Source: Myxococcota bacterium (GTDB lineage Bacteria > Myxococcota_A > Polyangia > Nannocystales > Nannocystaceae). Taken from it: a stretch of DNA of 64,000 bases. This document shows positions 29,423 to 38,604 of this stretch, in pieces (within the stretch, counting starts at the first letter, position 1; every line of letters begins with the position of its first letter). A program made the translations under genes and the position numbers. The stretch is from contig JBCCWC010000010.1 in the NCBI GenBank assembly GCA_039194325.1, forward strand, positions 71,020 through 135,019, in the 5' to 3' direction. The notes under the pieces were generated by a model, which was not told where the DNA came from, did no database searches, and saw only the letters and a list, made by a program, of their open reading frames with translations.

Positions 29423-30517
29423 GTGATAGCTGCCTACCGCCCGTTCTCGCTCATCCCTTCGCTTGCATCCACGAGCCTCGCCGCGCTGTGCTTGCTCGGC
29501 TGTTCCCTCGAAGACCCGTTTCCGGCCGACGAGTCGAGCTCTGGTGAGGTGGTGACCACCTCCCCCGGGAGCGCATGTACCCCTGGGGAGCAGGCCAATT
29601 GCCCGTGTCCGGGCGGTAGCGATGGCGTGCAGATCTGCATGCAAAATGGCTCTGGCTACGGGCCCTGCCAGTGTGACGTGCAAGGCGACGACTCCACGAC
29701 CGGGCCCGGCGGTTCCGACTCGGCCACCACCATCGTAACAACGACGGCGACCACGACCACCGATACCTCCGGGTCGACTGATACCGGCGATACTGGGTCG
29801 AGTGAGTCGACCACGGGATCCTCCGTGTGTGACATGTACATGGGGCTCCCGAACAAGGAGTGCGATCTTTACCTGCAAGACTGTCCGGCAGGCGAAAAAT
29901 GCATGCCGTGGGCCAACGACGGTGGTCTGTGGAACGCGACGCGCTGCGTCCCAATTGAGCCCATGCCTGGTCAGGTTGGTGATCCGTGCTTTGTGCAGGG
30001 CTCGGTCGCCTCCGGCATCGACGACTGTGACCTCGGGACCATGTGCTGGGACGTCGATTCCAATACCAACATGGGCGAGTGCATCGATCTGTGCAATGGT
30101 TGTCCTGATGAGCAGTCCTGCGACAGCCCGGGTACGGCATGCGCAGTCATCAACGATTTCATGCCATTGTGTATTGAGACCTGTGATCCGCTGGCGCAGG
30201 ATTGTGCCGAAGGCCAAGCTTGTTACCCTTTCGACAATATGTTCATATGTGGTCCCGATGCTTCAGGGCGTATGGGAGTCTTTGGTGATCTCTGCGAGTT
30301 CATCAACGTCTGTGACCCGGGCCTGACGTGCCAGCCCGCGGCCACGGTCCCGGGCTGTTTCGGAGCGTTCGGCTGCTGCACCGACTATTGCGATCTGACC
30401 GATCCGGCCGGTGATGCCCAGTGTACGGGCGCGCCCGCCGGTCAGACCTGCCAGCCCTGGGTCCCCATGGGCATGCCTGTGGCGGGCTATGAGGATGTAG
30501 GGATCTGCTCACTATGA
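29423..30517 (+). CDS. Cys-rich lipoprotein, tandem paralog B
   Basis: Collinear with paralog A and shares the C-terminus EDVGICSL. Start is GTG 29423 (alternatively ATG 29408). Confidence 0.85.
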   Translation: MIAAYRPFSLIPSLASTSLAALCLLGCSLEDPFPADESSSGEVVTTSPGSACTPGEQANCPCPGGSDGVQICMQNGSGYGPCQCDVQGDDSTTGPGGSDSATTIVTTTATTTTDTSGSTDTGDTGSSESTTGSSVCDMYMGLPNKECDLYLQDCPAGEKCMPWANDGGLWNATRCVPIEPMPGQVGDPCFVQGSVASGIDDCDLGTMCWDVDSNTNMGECIDLCNGCPDEQSCDSPGTACAVINDFMPLCIETCDPLAQDCAEGQACYPFDNMFICGPDASGRMGVFGDLCEFINVCDPGLTCQPAATVPGCFGAFGCCTDYCDLTDPAGDAQCTGAPAGQTCQPWVPMGMPVAGYEDVGICSL

Positions 30518-30527
30518 GTCCAGGCGA

Positions 30528-32222
30528 CTAGGCCTCGCCTGACTCGGGCAAGGTCGCCCCAGTAGGCCCTCCGGCGGGCTCGGCGGGCTCGGCAGGCTCG
30601 GCGAGCTCGGCGGGCTCGGCGGGCTCGGCAGGGCCTCCGGTCTCGACGGGTTGCGCGGGCTCGGTGGACTCCGCCGGTTCGACCGGATCCCTGGTCTCGA
30701 CGGGTTGCGCGGGCTCGGTGGGCTCCGCCGGTTGCTCAGACGCCGTCGCCTGCTCCGGCTCGTTCCCTTTCCCCGGGCAGTCCTTCCCGTGTGCCACGTT
30801 CCACAGCGCATCAAGGCTTGGCAACAGAAAATACGCCCCACCTCGCGTGGTCACGAAGGTCGGCAGGTTCCACGTGATGATCGGAGCTTCCTTGCGCTTG
30901 GATGAGGGGATCAGGAACTTGCCCTGGTACCGAGCCTCACTCCCCTTGCTCGGTAGCTGCTGCCCGATGATCGGATCGCGGTCCTGCGGCAACGTCAGCA
31001 CGGTCGACGAGAGCACGCTGTTGACCCAGTTTTGCTGCACGAACTCGAACTGCCGGGCGATGTTTGCGTTGATCACCACGAAGATCACCCCTCGCTCGAC
31101 ACCATCCTCGGGCTGGCCCTCGGGCAGACGCGGCCCGTAGGGCGTGGAGCGGCGGATGATCCGATGCAGGCGGGTCTGCACCGCGCCGGGCCCCGTGGGA
31201 TCCTCGCGGGGGTTGTTGCGACGAATGTGCGACCCAAACGGACAGCGCACGCCCTTGGGATCGTCGGCGAAGCGAAAATCGTTGTTGCGCTCGGGGTCGG
31301 CGGCCAGATCGGGATCGTCGGCGTGGGGCGCGAGCATCAGGGGAGCGCCGCTCGGCCAGCGGCCGATCATCTTGGCGCCCACGTACTCCGGCGTGACCCC
31401 CTTGCGCCGGGCCACATCGCCCACGTAGTCGCGAAAGCGGCCCACGTGCTGCTGGAGCTTGCGAAACACCATGAAGCTGCCGTTGTTGAAGAACGACGAG
31501 CGAAACGGGACCTGGCCCAGCTCGTCGGTTTGGCCCAGCACGAACTCGCCCGGCTGCAGCGGATCCCACCCGCGGCGCTTGCGGGGCGTGCCGTCCCCCG
31601 GATAGCCGCCGCTGCCCGACTCGAGGATCGTGGGTTGCGCGATCCCGTCGGCGTAACCGAACTGCTCGGTGCCCGCGTACGGGCCCGAGAACCCCTCGGC
31701 CTGCTCGTCGTGCAGGCGCGTGACCGCGTCGGCGTGGGCTTCGAGCGCCGCCTCCACTTTGGCCAAGGTGCTGCGCAGCTCGGCTTGCTTGCCCGGCCCC
31801 GCGTTGAGGCACACCACGGCGTGGATCTGCTCCTCGTCGGTCTGTTCGCGGTACGCCTTCTCCCAGCGGCTCGGTGCGCTCTGCTCGATGTCACCCAGGA
31901 TCGACTCGGCGCGCGCGCGCATGCCTTGCATGAACGCCTCGACCGTCTCGGTGGCCTCGTCGTCTCGGCCGTCGAGGGCTCGCGCCTCGCCGCCGTGGCC
32001 GAATAGATCGACGGCGGGGTAGGTCAGCCCCAGGTTGAGCACGCAGCCCACGCCTTGGTCGTAGTCTCGGCAGCTGGTCACCAGGGGCAGCAGCTGCTCG
32101 ACGAACGAGCGAGCGCCCTGCTCCTGCTTGAAGTGCAGGAACACGAAGTGCTCGTAGGCGGGGTCGCTGCCCCGACGGAACCCCCGCAGGATGTTGCTCT
32201 GGATCTTGTCGAGCTCGAGCAT
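30528..32222 (-). CDS. Dyp-type peroxidase with a Pro/Glu/Ala repeat tail
   Basis: IQSNIL, FGYADG (GxxDG), GEFVLG, NGSFMVFRKLQQ.V, SHIRRNNPR, RRSTPYG and QFEFVQ..W. Confidence 0.92.
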   Translation of the reverse strand: MLELDKIQSNILRGFRRGSDPAYEHFVFLHFKQEQGARSFVEQLLPLVTSCRDYDQGVGCVLNLGLTYPAVDLFGHGGEARALDGRDDEATETVEAFMQGMRARAESILGDIEQSAPSRWEKAYREQTDEEQIHAVVCLNAGPGKQAELRSTLAKVEAALEAHADAVTRLHDEQAEGFSGPYAGTEQFGYADGIAQPTILESGSGGYPGDGTPRKRRGWDPLQPGEFVLGQTDELGQVPFRSSFFNNGSFMVFRKLQQHVGRFRDYVGDVARRKGVTPEYVGAKMIGRWPSGAPLMLAPHADDPDLAADPERNNDFRFADDPKGVRCPFGSHIRRNNPREDPTGPGAVQTRLHRIIRRSTPYGPRLPEGQPEDGVERGVIFVVINANIARQFEFVQQNWVNSVLSSTVLTLPQDRDPIIGQQLPSKGSEARYQGKFLIPSSKRKEAPIITWNLPTFVTTRGGAYFLLPSLDALWNVAHGKDCPGKGNEPEQATASEQPAEPTEPAQPVETRDPVEPAESTEPAQPVETGGPAEPAEPAELAEPAEPAEPAGGPTGATLPESGEA

Positions 32223-32279
32223 GGTGGGTGACCGATCTATCTGGCGAGTCGGGGGGCGGGTCGAGGAGGTGAGTCGAGG

Positions 32280-33560
32280 TCAGGTCAGCAGGTCTTGGTT
32301 GTCGTGCAGGAATCGGCGCAGCCGGTCGGGTAATCGCCGATGGTCGGGACCCACGCGGCGGCTGAACCGAGCGAGCTGTTGGGTCAAGGCCAGGCTGGAC
32401 TTGATCTGCAGCAGGCTGCGGCTGAGGTAGCTGCCGCCGAACGCCGAGGTCACGATCTGGTGGGCCCGCAGGAAGTCCTTGAACTGCAAGATGTCGCGCG
32501 AGCCCGCCAGCGGGTAGCCCACGCAGGCCCCGAAGACGGTGTCGATCTCTTTGGCGATGCGGGTGCCGAAATCCTCGACGTACTGGATGAAGTCGCCGTC
32601 GTAGACGCTGGCAAAGAGCATCTGGTTGCGGTTGACGATGCTCACCCGGGCGAAGTGCAGCGTGGGCAGGTTCTTCAGCGGGCGCATGCCCAGATCGATC
32701 GTGGCGAAGGTGCCCAGCTCGAGCGTGCGCCGCAGCTTGGGCAGCGCTTGTTCGTGCACCCGACACAGCAGCGTGAAGGGATTGACGCGATCGGGGCTGT
32801 TGGGCGAGAGCCGAATGGCCTGCTTCGAGGCGCCGCCGTCGACGTCGTTGGCGCGGTCGCGATCGTGGTTGAGAAGGTTGGGATCCTTCAAGAACGCCGC
32901 GTAGCGCTGACGGAGCTCGGCCTCGCCCACGCCGTCGGTGTCTTGCAGGAATTGCAAGAAGCTGTCGCGCAGGGCCAGGGCATCGCGGACCTCGGCCTGC
33001 GAGTTGTCGTAGGCGCGGTAGAACAGCTCCACGCACACCAGGTGCGCCCGCATGAAGGCGTCCAGCGCGTCGGCGTTGGCTGCCCCCTGGGGCGGGTAGT
33101 CTTCGCAGCGGTTGAAGATGTTGTCGATCCCCGCGGCGTTCTTGCCCAAGAACTCGATGGCGTCCCAGTAGTCGTCGTAGATCACCATGAAGTACAGCGA
33201 CTGCTGATCGGTGGTGAACAGCCGCGCGTAGTGGATCCCGTTGGCGGAGGTCTCGAAGGGGTTGTGCGTGGGCTCGTCGAGCAGACAGCGTAGCCCGCGG
33301 AACTCACCGTCGCGGATCCGCGCCCGGATCGTAAACGTGCGAGGACCCTGGGCCCGCCGGGGCTGCCGCGTCCGAGGGGGCCACGGCGAGAAGCAGGGGC
33401 GGCAGCCGGTGAATAGGCCGGTGGTGATCGTAGCCCCGACCAGGCCGCGCCCGAACTCCCGGCGAGACACTCCTGGGCCGATGCCCGGTTCGTCGGTGTT
33501 CGGCTCGTCGGTGTTCGGCTCGTCGATGTTCGGCAGCCCGGGACGATCCGACTCCAGCAT
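32280..33560 (-). CDS. Tat-signal protein with two copies of a DyP-neighbour domain, function unknown
   Basis: SRREFGRG twin-arginine motif. Duplicated motif IHYAR...YD....IDNIF.RCEDYP / LHFAR...YDGDF.QY...IDTVFG.CVGYP. Confidence 0.7.
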   Translation of the reverse strand: MLESDRPGLPNIDEPNTDEPNTDEPGIGPGVSRREFGRGLVGATITTGLFTGCRPCFSPWPPRTRQPRRAQGPRTFTIRARIRDGEFRGLRCLLDEPTHNPFETSANGIHYARLFTTDQQSLYFMVIYDDYWDAIEFLGKNAAGIDNIFNRCEDYPPQGAANADALDAFMRAHLVCVELFYRAYDNSQAEVRDALALRDSFLQFLQDTDGVGEAELRQRYAAFLKDPNLLNHDRDRANDVDGGASKQAIRLSPNSPDRVNPFTLLCRVHEQALPKLRRTLELGTFATIDLGMRPLKNLPTLHFARVSIVNRNQMLFASVYDGDFIQYVEDFGTRIAKEIDTVFGACVGYPLAGSRDILQFKDFLRAHQIVTSAFGGSYLSRSLLQIKSSLALTQQLARFSRRVGPDHRRLPDRLRRFLHDNQDLLT

Positions 33561-33637
33561 GAGATCGGTGGTATCGGCTACAGCCGCGTAGGGTCAAGGG
33601 CCTCGCCCGACCTGAAACGGTCCTGGCCGGAGCGAGC

Positions 33638-35341
33638 CTACGGGGCCGACCCGCACAGTGACAGCTCCCGGAGGTAGTCGTTGCAAAACAGCCCCTTCGG
33701 ATCTCGCGTGCGACGATAGCTCTCGAACGCCTGCACGCGATCGCCACGGCGCCGGGCGAGATCGGCCAGGAAGGCGGGATTGAACGGCGCCGAGAAGTTG
33801 TCCGCGGCACCTGCGGGATCGAAGAAGCCATACATCTTGCCGTTATGGGGCCAGCCGCCCAGGGCGATCCACTCCCGCTCGATATCGGCAAAGAACTTCA
33901 GCATCGCCTCGGGATACTCCGATGCAGACACCGGCTTGACGAACGCGATGAGGTCGAGGTTGATGAACAGCGAGCCGGGGGTGGTGCTATAGGTCCCCGC
34001 CAGCGCCGAGTTACCACCCCGGATGAACCGGAATTCGATCGGGCCCGCCACGAGAAACTCGTCGGACTGGGTCACCCGCTGGGTAATCGCGTCGATCCCC
34101 TTCCAGGCCCGAGAGAGCCCCGCGTCGTCTACCCCGGGCAGCTCGATGAAGTACGACATGAACACCACCCGAGCCGCAGCGGTCAGCCATAGATCGGAGT
34201 GCTTCTTCGCGGCGGCGTCGACCTGCTTCTCGATGTTGCGGAGCGCGAAGTCAATGAGCAGCTTGGCTTCCTCGCGGTTGCCGTGGACCTGCACATACTC
34301 CTCGGTCTTCTCGGCGACCCGCTCTTCGACCGGCACCTCGAAGGGCGCCCCGGGCTTGTCCTTCTCGGCAAAGGTGCACGCGCTGGCCACCTCGCCCGCC
34401 GAGTTGGGCACCGGGGAGGACGGGTTGGGCTCTTTGTTCCACGCCAGCGCCAAGAATTCGGCCGTGTAGGGGTTGTAGAACGACTCGAGGCGGTCGTGAC
34501 CCGCCAGCAGCTCCTTGTAGCGCTCGACGAAGGCGGCCTCGTCGTTGAGCGTATAGCGGGCGCGGCTGCCTTCTAGGGTGGTGGCGTAGGGGCGCTCGGC
34601 TACGTCGATGGTGACCGAGGTGACGACGCCCAGCGCCCCCAGCGAGACCCGGGCGAACTGGATCGCCGACCAGCCCTCGACGCCCGGCGACTGGGCGTCG
34701 ACCCGGGTCACCACGCCGTCGGGCCCCATGATCTCGAAGGCCGAGGCGGTCTCGGCGAAGATCGGGGCGTCGATCGTCGCCCCGTTGACGTCGATCGCCG
34801 TCATGCCCCCGATGCTGAAGAAGCCGCCCGCGGTGACCGTCTTGAGCATCAGGTTGTTGTCGGTCAGGAATGCGTCGACGGCATCTTCGCGGATCCCGGC
34901 GTTGACCGTCAGCCGCTTGTTCGCCGCGTCGAGCACCATGTCGTCCTTGCCCTCGGGGCCCAGATCGGCGTAGCAGGACAGATCGACCACCCAGGCGATG
35001 GTCTTGGCGGGAGGGGCCTGCCGGTTATCGTCGGCCACCAGCGGAGGCTGCGAGTGACGCTGGCCGGTGACCCGCACCGAGACGCCCGCCTCCACCGCCA
35101 TCTGCACGATCGTCTGCAGCTCGGCCCGGGTGGTGGGCGAGAAGTAGTACTTCTGCCCGTCTTGGGCCGGCTTGTGGACGAGGTTCTCGCTCCAGTTGTT
35201 CCACTCCGGCGCGGTGGCCAGGGGGACGTGCGCGTTGGGGTCGTTGGGGATCGGCTTGGGCTTGCAGGCGCACGCAAGGGCAAGAAGAGCGACGCCCCAT
35301 CGCGTGAAGCAAGACGTTCGGCCAGTGGTCAGCGTGGGCAT
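33638..35341 (-). CDS. FAD-linked oxidase lipoprotein (aldonolactone/gulonolactone oxidase-like, FAD_binding_4)
   Basis: Lipobox LACAC, WNNWS, GQRHS, SIGG, SLGALGVV, PIEFRF, GGWPHNGK and DPKGLF.N. Start uncertain (35341 or 35395). Confidence 0.82.
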   Translation of the reverse strand: MPTLTTGRTSCFTRWGVALLALACACKPKPIPNDPNAHVPLATAPEWNNWSENLVHKPAQDGQKYYFSPTTRAELQTIVQMAVEAGVSVRVTGQRHSQPPLVADDNRQAPPAKTIAWVVDLSCYADLGPEGKDDMVLDAANKRLTVNAGIREDAVDAFLTDNNLMLKTVTAGGFFSIGGMTAIDVNGATIDAPIFAETASAFEIMGPDGVVTRVDAQSPGVEGWSAIQFARVSLGALGVVTSVTIDVAERPYATTLEGSRARYTLNDEAAFVERYKELLAGHDRLESFYNPYTAEFLALAWNKEPNPSSPVPNSAGEVASACTFAEKDKPGAPFEVPVEERVAEKTEEYVQVHGNREEAKLLIDFALRNIEKQVDAAAKKHSDLWLTAAARVVFMSYFIELPGVDDAGLSRAWKGIDAITQRVTQSDEFLVAGPIEFRFIRGGNSALAGTYSTTPGSLFINLDLIAFVKPVSASEYPEAMLKFFADIEREWIALGGWPHNGKMYGFFDPAGAADNFSAPFNPAFLADLARRRGDRVQAFESYRRTRDPKGLFCNDYLRELSLCGSAP

Positions 35342-35498
35342 GCAGGGCCTCCGGGGCCCGATCATAGGCCAGGATGACGCGAGTCGCTCGATCATCCCGC
35401 GTTTTCCGATGGCCCTACCGCCGGCGGCCCTGCTGACTCTCGTCTCGCGCTACGCCGAGTCGATGTAGTAGTTCCGTGCTGGCATCGTGGGCTCGCGC

Positions 35499-35921
35499 TC
35501 AGTCCCCGGTGTTGATGGGAATGGAGCGTGGCTTGACCTCTTGTCGCTTGGGAAGCTCGAGGTAGAGCACGCCATTGCGATAGGTGGCTCTGGTCTGGTC
35601 GACGTCGACGATCGCCGGCAGCAAGAAGGTCCGCGAGCGTACCCCGTGCGTGCGTTCGCTCTGGTGGTAGGTCCGGTCGGGCGCGGGGGTGAGCTTGCGC
35701 TCGGCCCGTATCATGAGCCGTTCGCCTTCGAGCTGAACGTCGATGTCCTCGAGCTCGTAGCCGGGCAGATCCATCTCGACGATGAGCGCGTCCGTGGTCT
35801 CGATGACGTCGGCAGACGGGGTCATCGTGTGGGAACGAGGCGGGGATGTCCATGACGCGGGCTCGGATCGAGCCCGAGTTCCGTTGTGGCCGTTGCGAGT
35901 CGGGGTCCAGTAGATCTCCAT
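35499..35921 (-). CDS. Hsp20/alpha-crystallin small heat shock protein
   Basis: DVIET...DLPG....DI.V, ER..G...RTF.LP and ATYRNGVLYLELPK. AGGAG RBS upstream. Confidence 0.9.
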   Translation of the reverse strand: MEIYWTPTRNGHNGTRARSEPASWTSPPRSHTMTPSADVIETTDALIVEMDLPGYELEDIDVQLEGERLMIRAERKLTPAPDRTYHQSERTHGVRSRTFLLPAIVDVDQTRATYRNGVLYLELPKRQEVKPRSIPINTGD

Positions 35922-36296
35922 TGTTCGTTCTCCTGTTTTTCCTCGGGGGTGGGAAGAAGTGAGGGCGCGAGGGTCGATCGCTGGGTGACATCAAGCGGCG
36001 TCGTCAGGTGGCTCGTTGGCCGCGACGGAGGCTCGACTACGAGCGCCGGGAGCCGGCACGGGGGCCGACTCCCGGCGCTCCACCACTGGCGATTTGGTCG
36101 TGCTCTCGAGGAACTCTCGGAGCGCAGGCCCACCGAAGGGCAGGGGGCGAGGGCTCACGCGATCGAGGGTGAAGTGTAGATGGGACATCGTCGGTAACCA
36201 TCGGCGTCGATGGAGATCCTCGCGGAGCGCATGGCCGACCCGGCCCGCCGCGGATGCAGGGGAGCACCCGGGCGGGCCGGGTCGTCGCGCTGCGGT

Positions 36297-36497
36297 TCAC
36301 GCTGGGACGACCGCGGACGTCGGCGGGCAGTGAGGACCCCCGTTCTCCCCGACGGGATCGACGTATGCGTTCCACACGTCTCGCTCCCACCGAGCCGTCG
36401 GTCGGTTACGCCCCCTGGCTCGCTCGATTCGTAGCACGAGTTCGGTGTCGATATCAGCGTCGGACGGGTGAGCGCCCGACCCGTAGTGATGGCTCAT
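36297..36497 (-). CDS. Possible small hypothetical protein
   Basis: AGGAG RBS embedded in the end of the upstream ORF, with ATG 5 bp after its stop. Confidence 0.3.
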   Translation of the reverse strand: MSHHYGSGAHPSDADIDTELVLRIERARGRNRPTARWERDVWNAYVDPVGENGGPHCPPTSAVVPA

Positions 36498-36502
36498 GGC
36501 GG

Positions 36503-36820
36503 CTACTCCTGCTTCGAGGTCGACTCCAGGCGAAGGTCACACATTGCGGTGCTGGGCACCGCTCCCCAGCAGACCGTCATACCCAAGACGTCGAACGACA
36601 TCGCAGGTGATCGATCATCGAGCCTGGCGGGCCCGTGTACCTTCGTGTTCTCAGCGGCCGACGGGAATATGCGAATATCGCAATCGTCGGTCTTCATCTC
36701 CTGCCCTAGGCACACATCCATGCCCAAGAATGAGCTTCGTGTGCTCGTGACGCCAGCCGAGTCGGTTGTTCCAGACCCGAGCAAGGCGCTCACGACAGCA
36801 CTCATGATCAGTGTCGTCAT
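36503..36820 (-). CDS. Small secreted hypothetical protein with an internal Cys-containing repeat
   Basis: GGAGG RBS, hydrophobic N-terminus, and the repeat FLGMDVCLG..CDIR / VLGMTVCWG..CDLR. Confidence 0.55.
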   Translation of the reverse strand: MTTLIMSAVVSALLGSGTTDSAGVTSTRSSFLGMDVCLGQEMKTDDCDIRIFPSAAENTKVHGPARLDDRSPAMSFDVLGMTVCWGAVPSTAMCDLRLESTSKQE

Positions 36821-37502
36821 TGACTTTACCTCCGTGTGACGGGTTGTAGTGGTTGGTGGATGACCGAGTGTACGAATCGGTCGATGCTGGACGCGCCCAT
36901 CAGCCGCTGGTTTGTCTACCGGGCTTTGGCCGATGCCGTCCGTGAAGCGATCCTCAAGTATCGCACCCGCAAAGAGGCGCGATCACCGTCGCGCCGTGTC
37001 GCCCATGCGACGATCTACGTAGAGTAACCGTTGCTCACCGGCCAAGGCGATCGGATCGCGATTGGCAGGTCGCCATCGAGCAGACGGTCACACGAACGAG
37101 GCGGACCACGGTCCCCCGAAGCCCTCTGGCCATAGGGAGCGGACGATCGAATTCGAGCAGTGAGCGCGGGTGAAGGCAACATGAGCCAGTCCTCCCGTAG
37201 TCAGGGCGCGAGGTCGTATGTCGATTGCGGTGGCAGATTCGCGACCGCAAAAAATCAATAATCGTGACTCGGTGCGGCGTCAAGAGGGATCCGAAATTTT
37301 TTTGGGTCGTTACGACGCCGAGGCCCACCCGCTCTCCCGTTCGGCCATCTCGACATCACCGACATCATGATCTTGACATCCGGGATCGGGTGCTTAGGGT
37401 CGAGGCGATCCGAAGGACCGACCTCTCCCAAGGGATCCGGCTGCGCTACTGGCGAGACGGGTCGGGTCGCTTCGTGTTCATCCGCAGCCCGTGACCACGC
37501 GC

Positions 37503-38600
37503 CTACTCGGCGGCCTGGAGCGTCACGGCCACCGTCAGTCGACGGTCGTCGCGCAAGATCGTCAGCTCGGCGCGGTCTCCCACATCGTGCTTCTCGAGCG
37601 CCCCGAGCAGCGAGTCATTGTCGGGGGTGCGGATCCCGTCCACGTGCGTGATGACGTCTCCCAGGGAGACGCGTCCGAACAGATCCTCTCGCAAGCCCTG
37701 AAGACCAGCCCGCTGGGCCGGGCCACCCGATATCACCCGGGCGATCATGGGCCCCGGCAGCTCCAGCCGCCGCTGTGTGGGGTCGGCGACGAGCGTGACA
37801 CCGAGCCCGGGGCGGATCACCCGACCGTGAGTGATGAGCTGAGGCACGACCCGCCGCACGGTGTCGACGGGGACCGCAAAGCCGATCCCCGAGCTGGCCC
37901 CCGAGGGTGAGTAGATCGCCGTGTTGACCCCGATCAGGCGCCCCGCGCTGTCGAGCAGCGGACCGCCCGAATTCCCGGGATTGATCGCCGCGTCGGTCTG
38001 GATCACGTCCTCGATGGTGCGCCCGTTGGCTGCCTTGATCTCGCGGCCGAGCGCCGAGACCACCCCGGTGGTCAAGGTGTGGTCGAGCCCAAAGGGGTTG
38101 CCGATCGCGAATACGCTCTGACCCACGCGGAGATCGCTGCTCGTGCCGACGGGCAACGGCGCGACTTGGGCCCGACGGATCCGCAAGACCGCGAGATCCT
38201 TGCTCGGCGCGACCCCCACGAGCTTGGCCTCGAACGAGGACTGGTCGACCAGGTTCACGCGAAACGCATCGCCCTCGGCCACCACGTGGAAGTTGGTGAC
38301 CACGTGCCCGTCGTCGTCCCACAAGAAGCCCGAGCCGCGACCTTGGGGGATCTCCTGCACGTTGAGCGAGAAGGGGCTCGCGCGTTGGCGGGAGAGGGTC
38401 GTGATGTAGACGACCGAGGGGGCGGCCCGCTCGAAGATCTCGATGGTGGTCGTCTCGCTCGCCGATAGATCGCCTCGGGCGGTCACCGGAGCGGGGCTCG
38501 ACGGGGTCTCGACCAGTCCGCGACTGATGAGCAGTATGCCCCCCGCCACCCCGAGCGCGGCGCCAAGAGCGAGGAGGATGATCCCGCGGGCCCTGGCCAA
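37503..38600 (-). CDS. HtrA/DegP-like trypsin serine protease with one PDZ domain
   Basis: GSGF, TNFHVV, DLAVL, GNPFGL, IQTDAAINPGNSGGPL and a C-terminal PDZ. TTG start. Confidence 0.93.
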   Translation of the reverse strand: MARARGIILLALGAALGVAGGILLISRGLVETPSSPAPVTARGDLSASETTTIEIFERAAPSVVYITTLSRQRASPFSLNVQEIPQGRGSGFLWDDDGHVVTNFHVVAEGDAFRVNLVDQSSFEAKLVGVAPSKDLAVLRIRRAQVAPLPVGTSSDLRVGQSVFAIGNPFGLDHTLTTGVVSALGREIKAANGRTIEDVIQTDAAINPGNSGGPLLDSAGRLIGVNTAIYSPSGASSGIGFAVPVDTVRRVVPQLITHGRVIRPGLGVTLVADPTQRRLELPGPMIARVISGGPAQRAGLQGLREDLFGRVSLGDVITHVDGIRTPDNDSLLGALEKHDVGDRAELTILRDDRRLTVAVTLQAAE

Positions 38601-38604
38601 CGGC

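Noticed and set aside
30528..30760. Encapsulin targeting peptide on the DyP tail
   Set aside because: The tail is a Pro/Glu/Ala repeat lacking an L.(I/V)GSL-type motif, and no encapsulin gene is present.
36836..37027. Possible ribbon-helix-helix fragment (ADAVREAILKY)
   Set aside because: The similarity is too short and there is no clear RBS.
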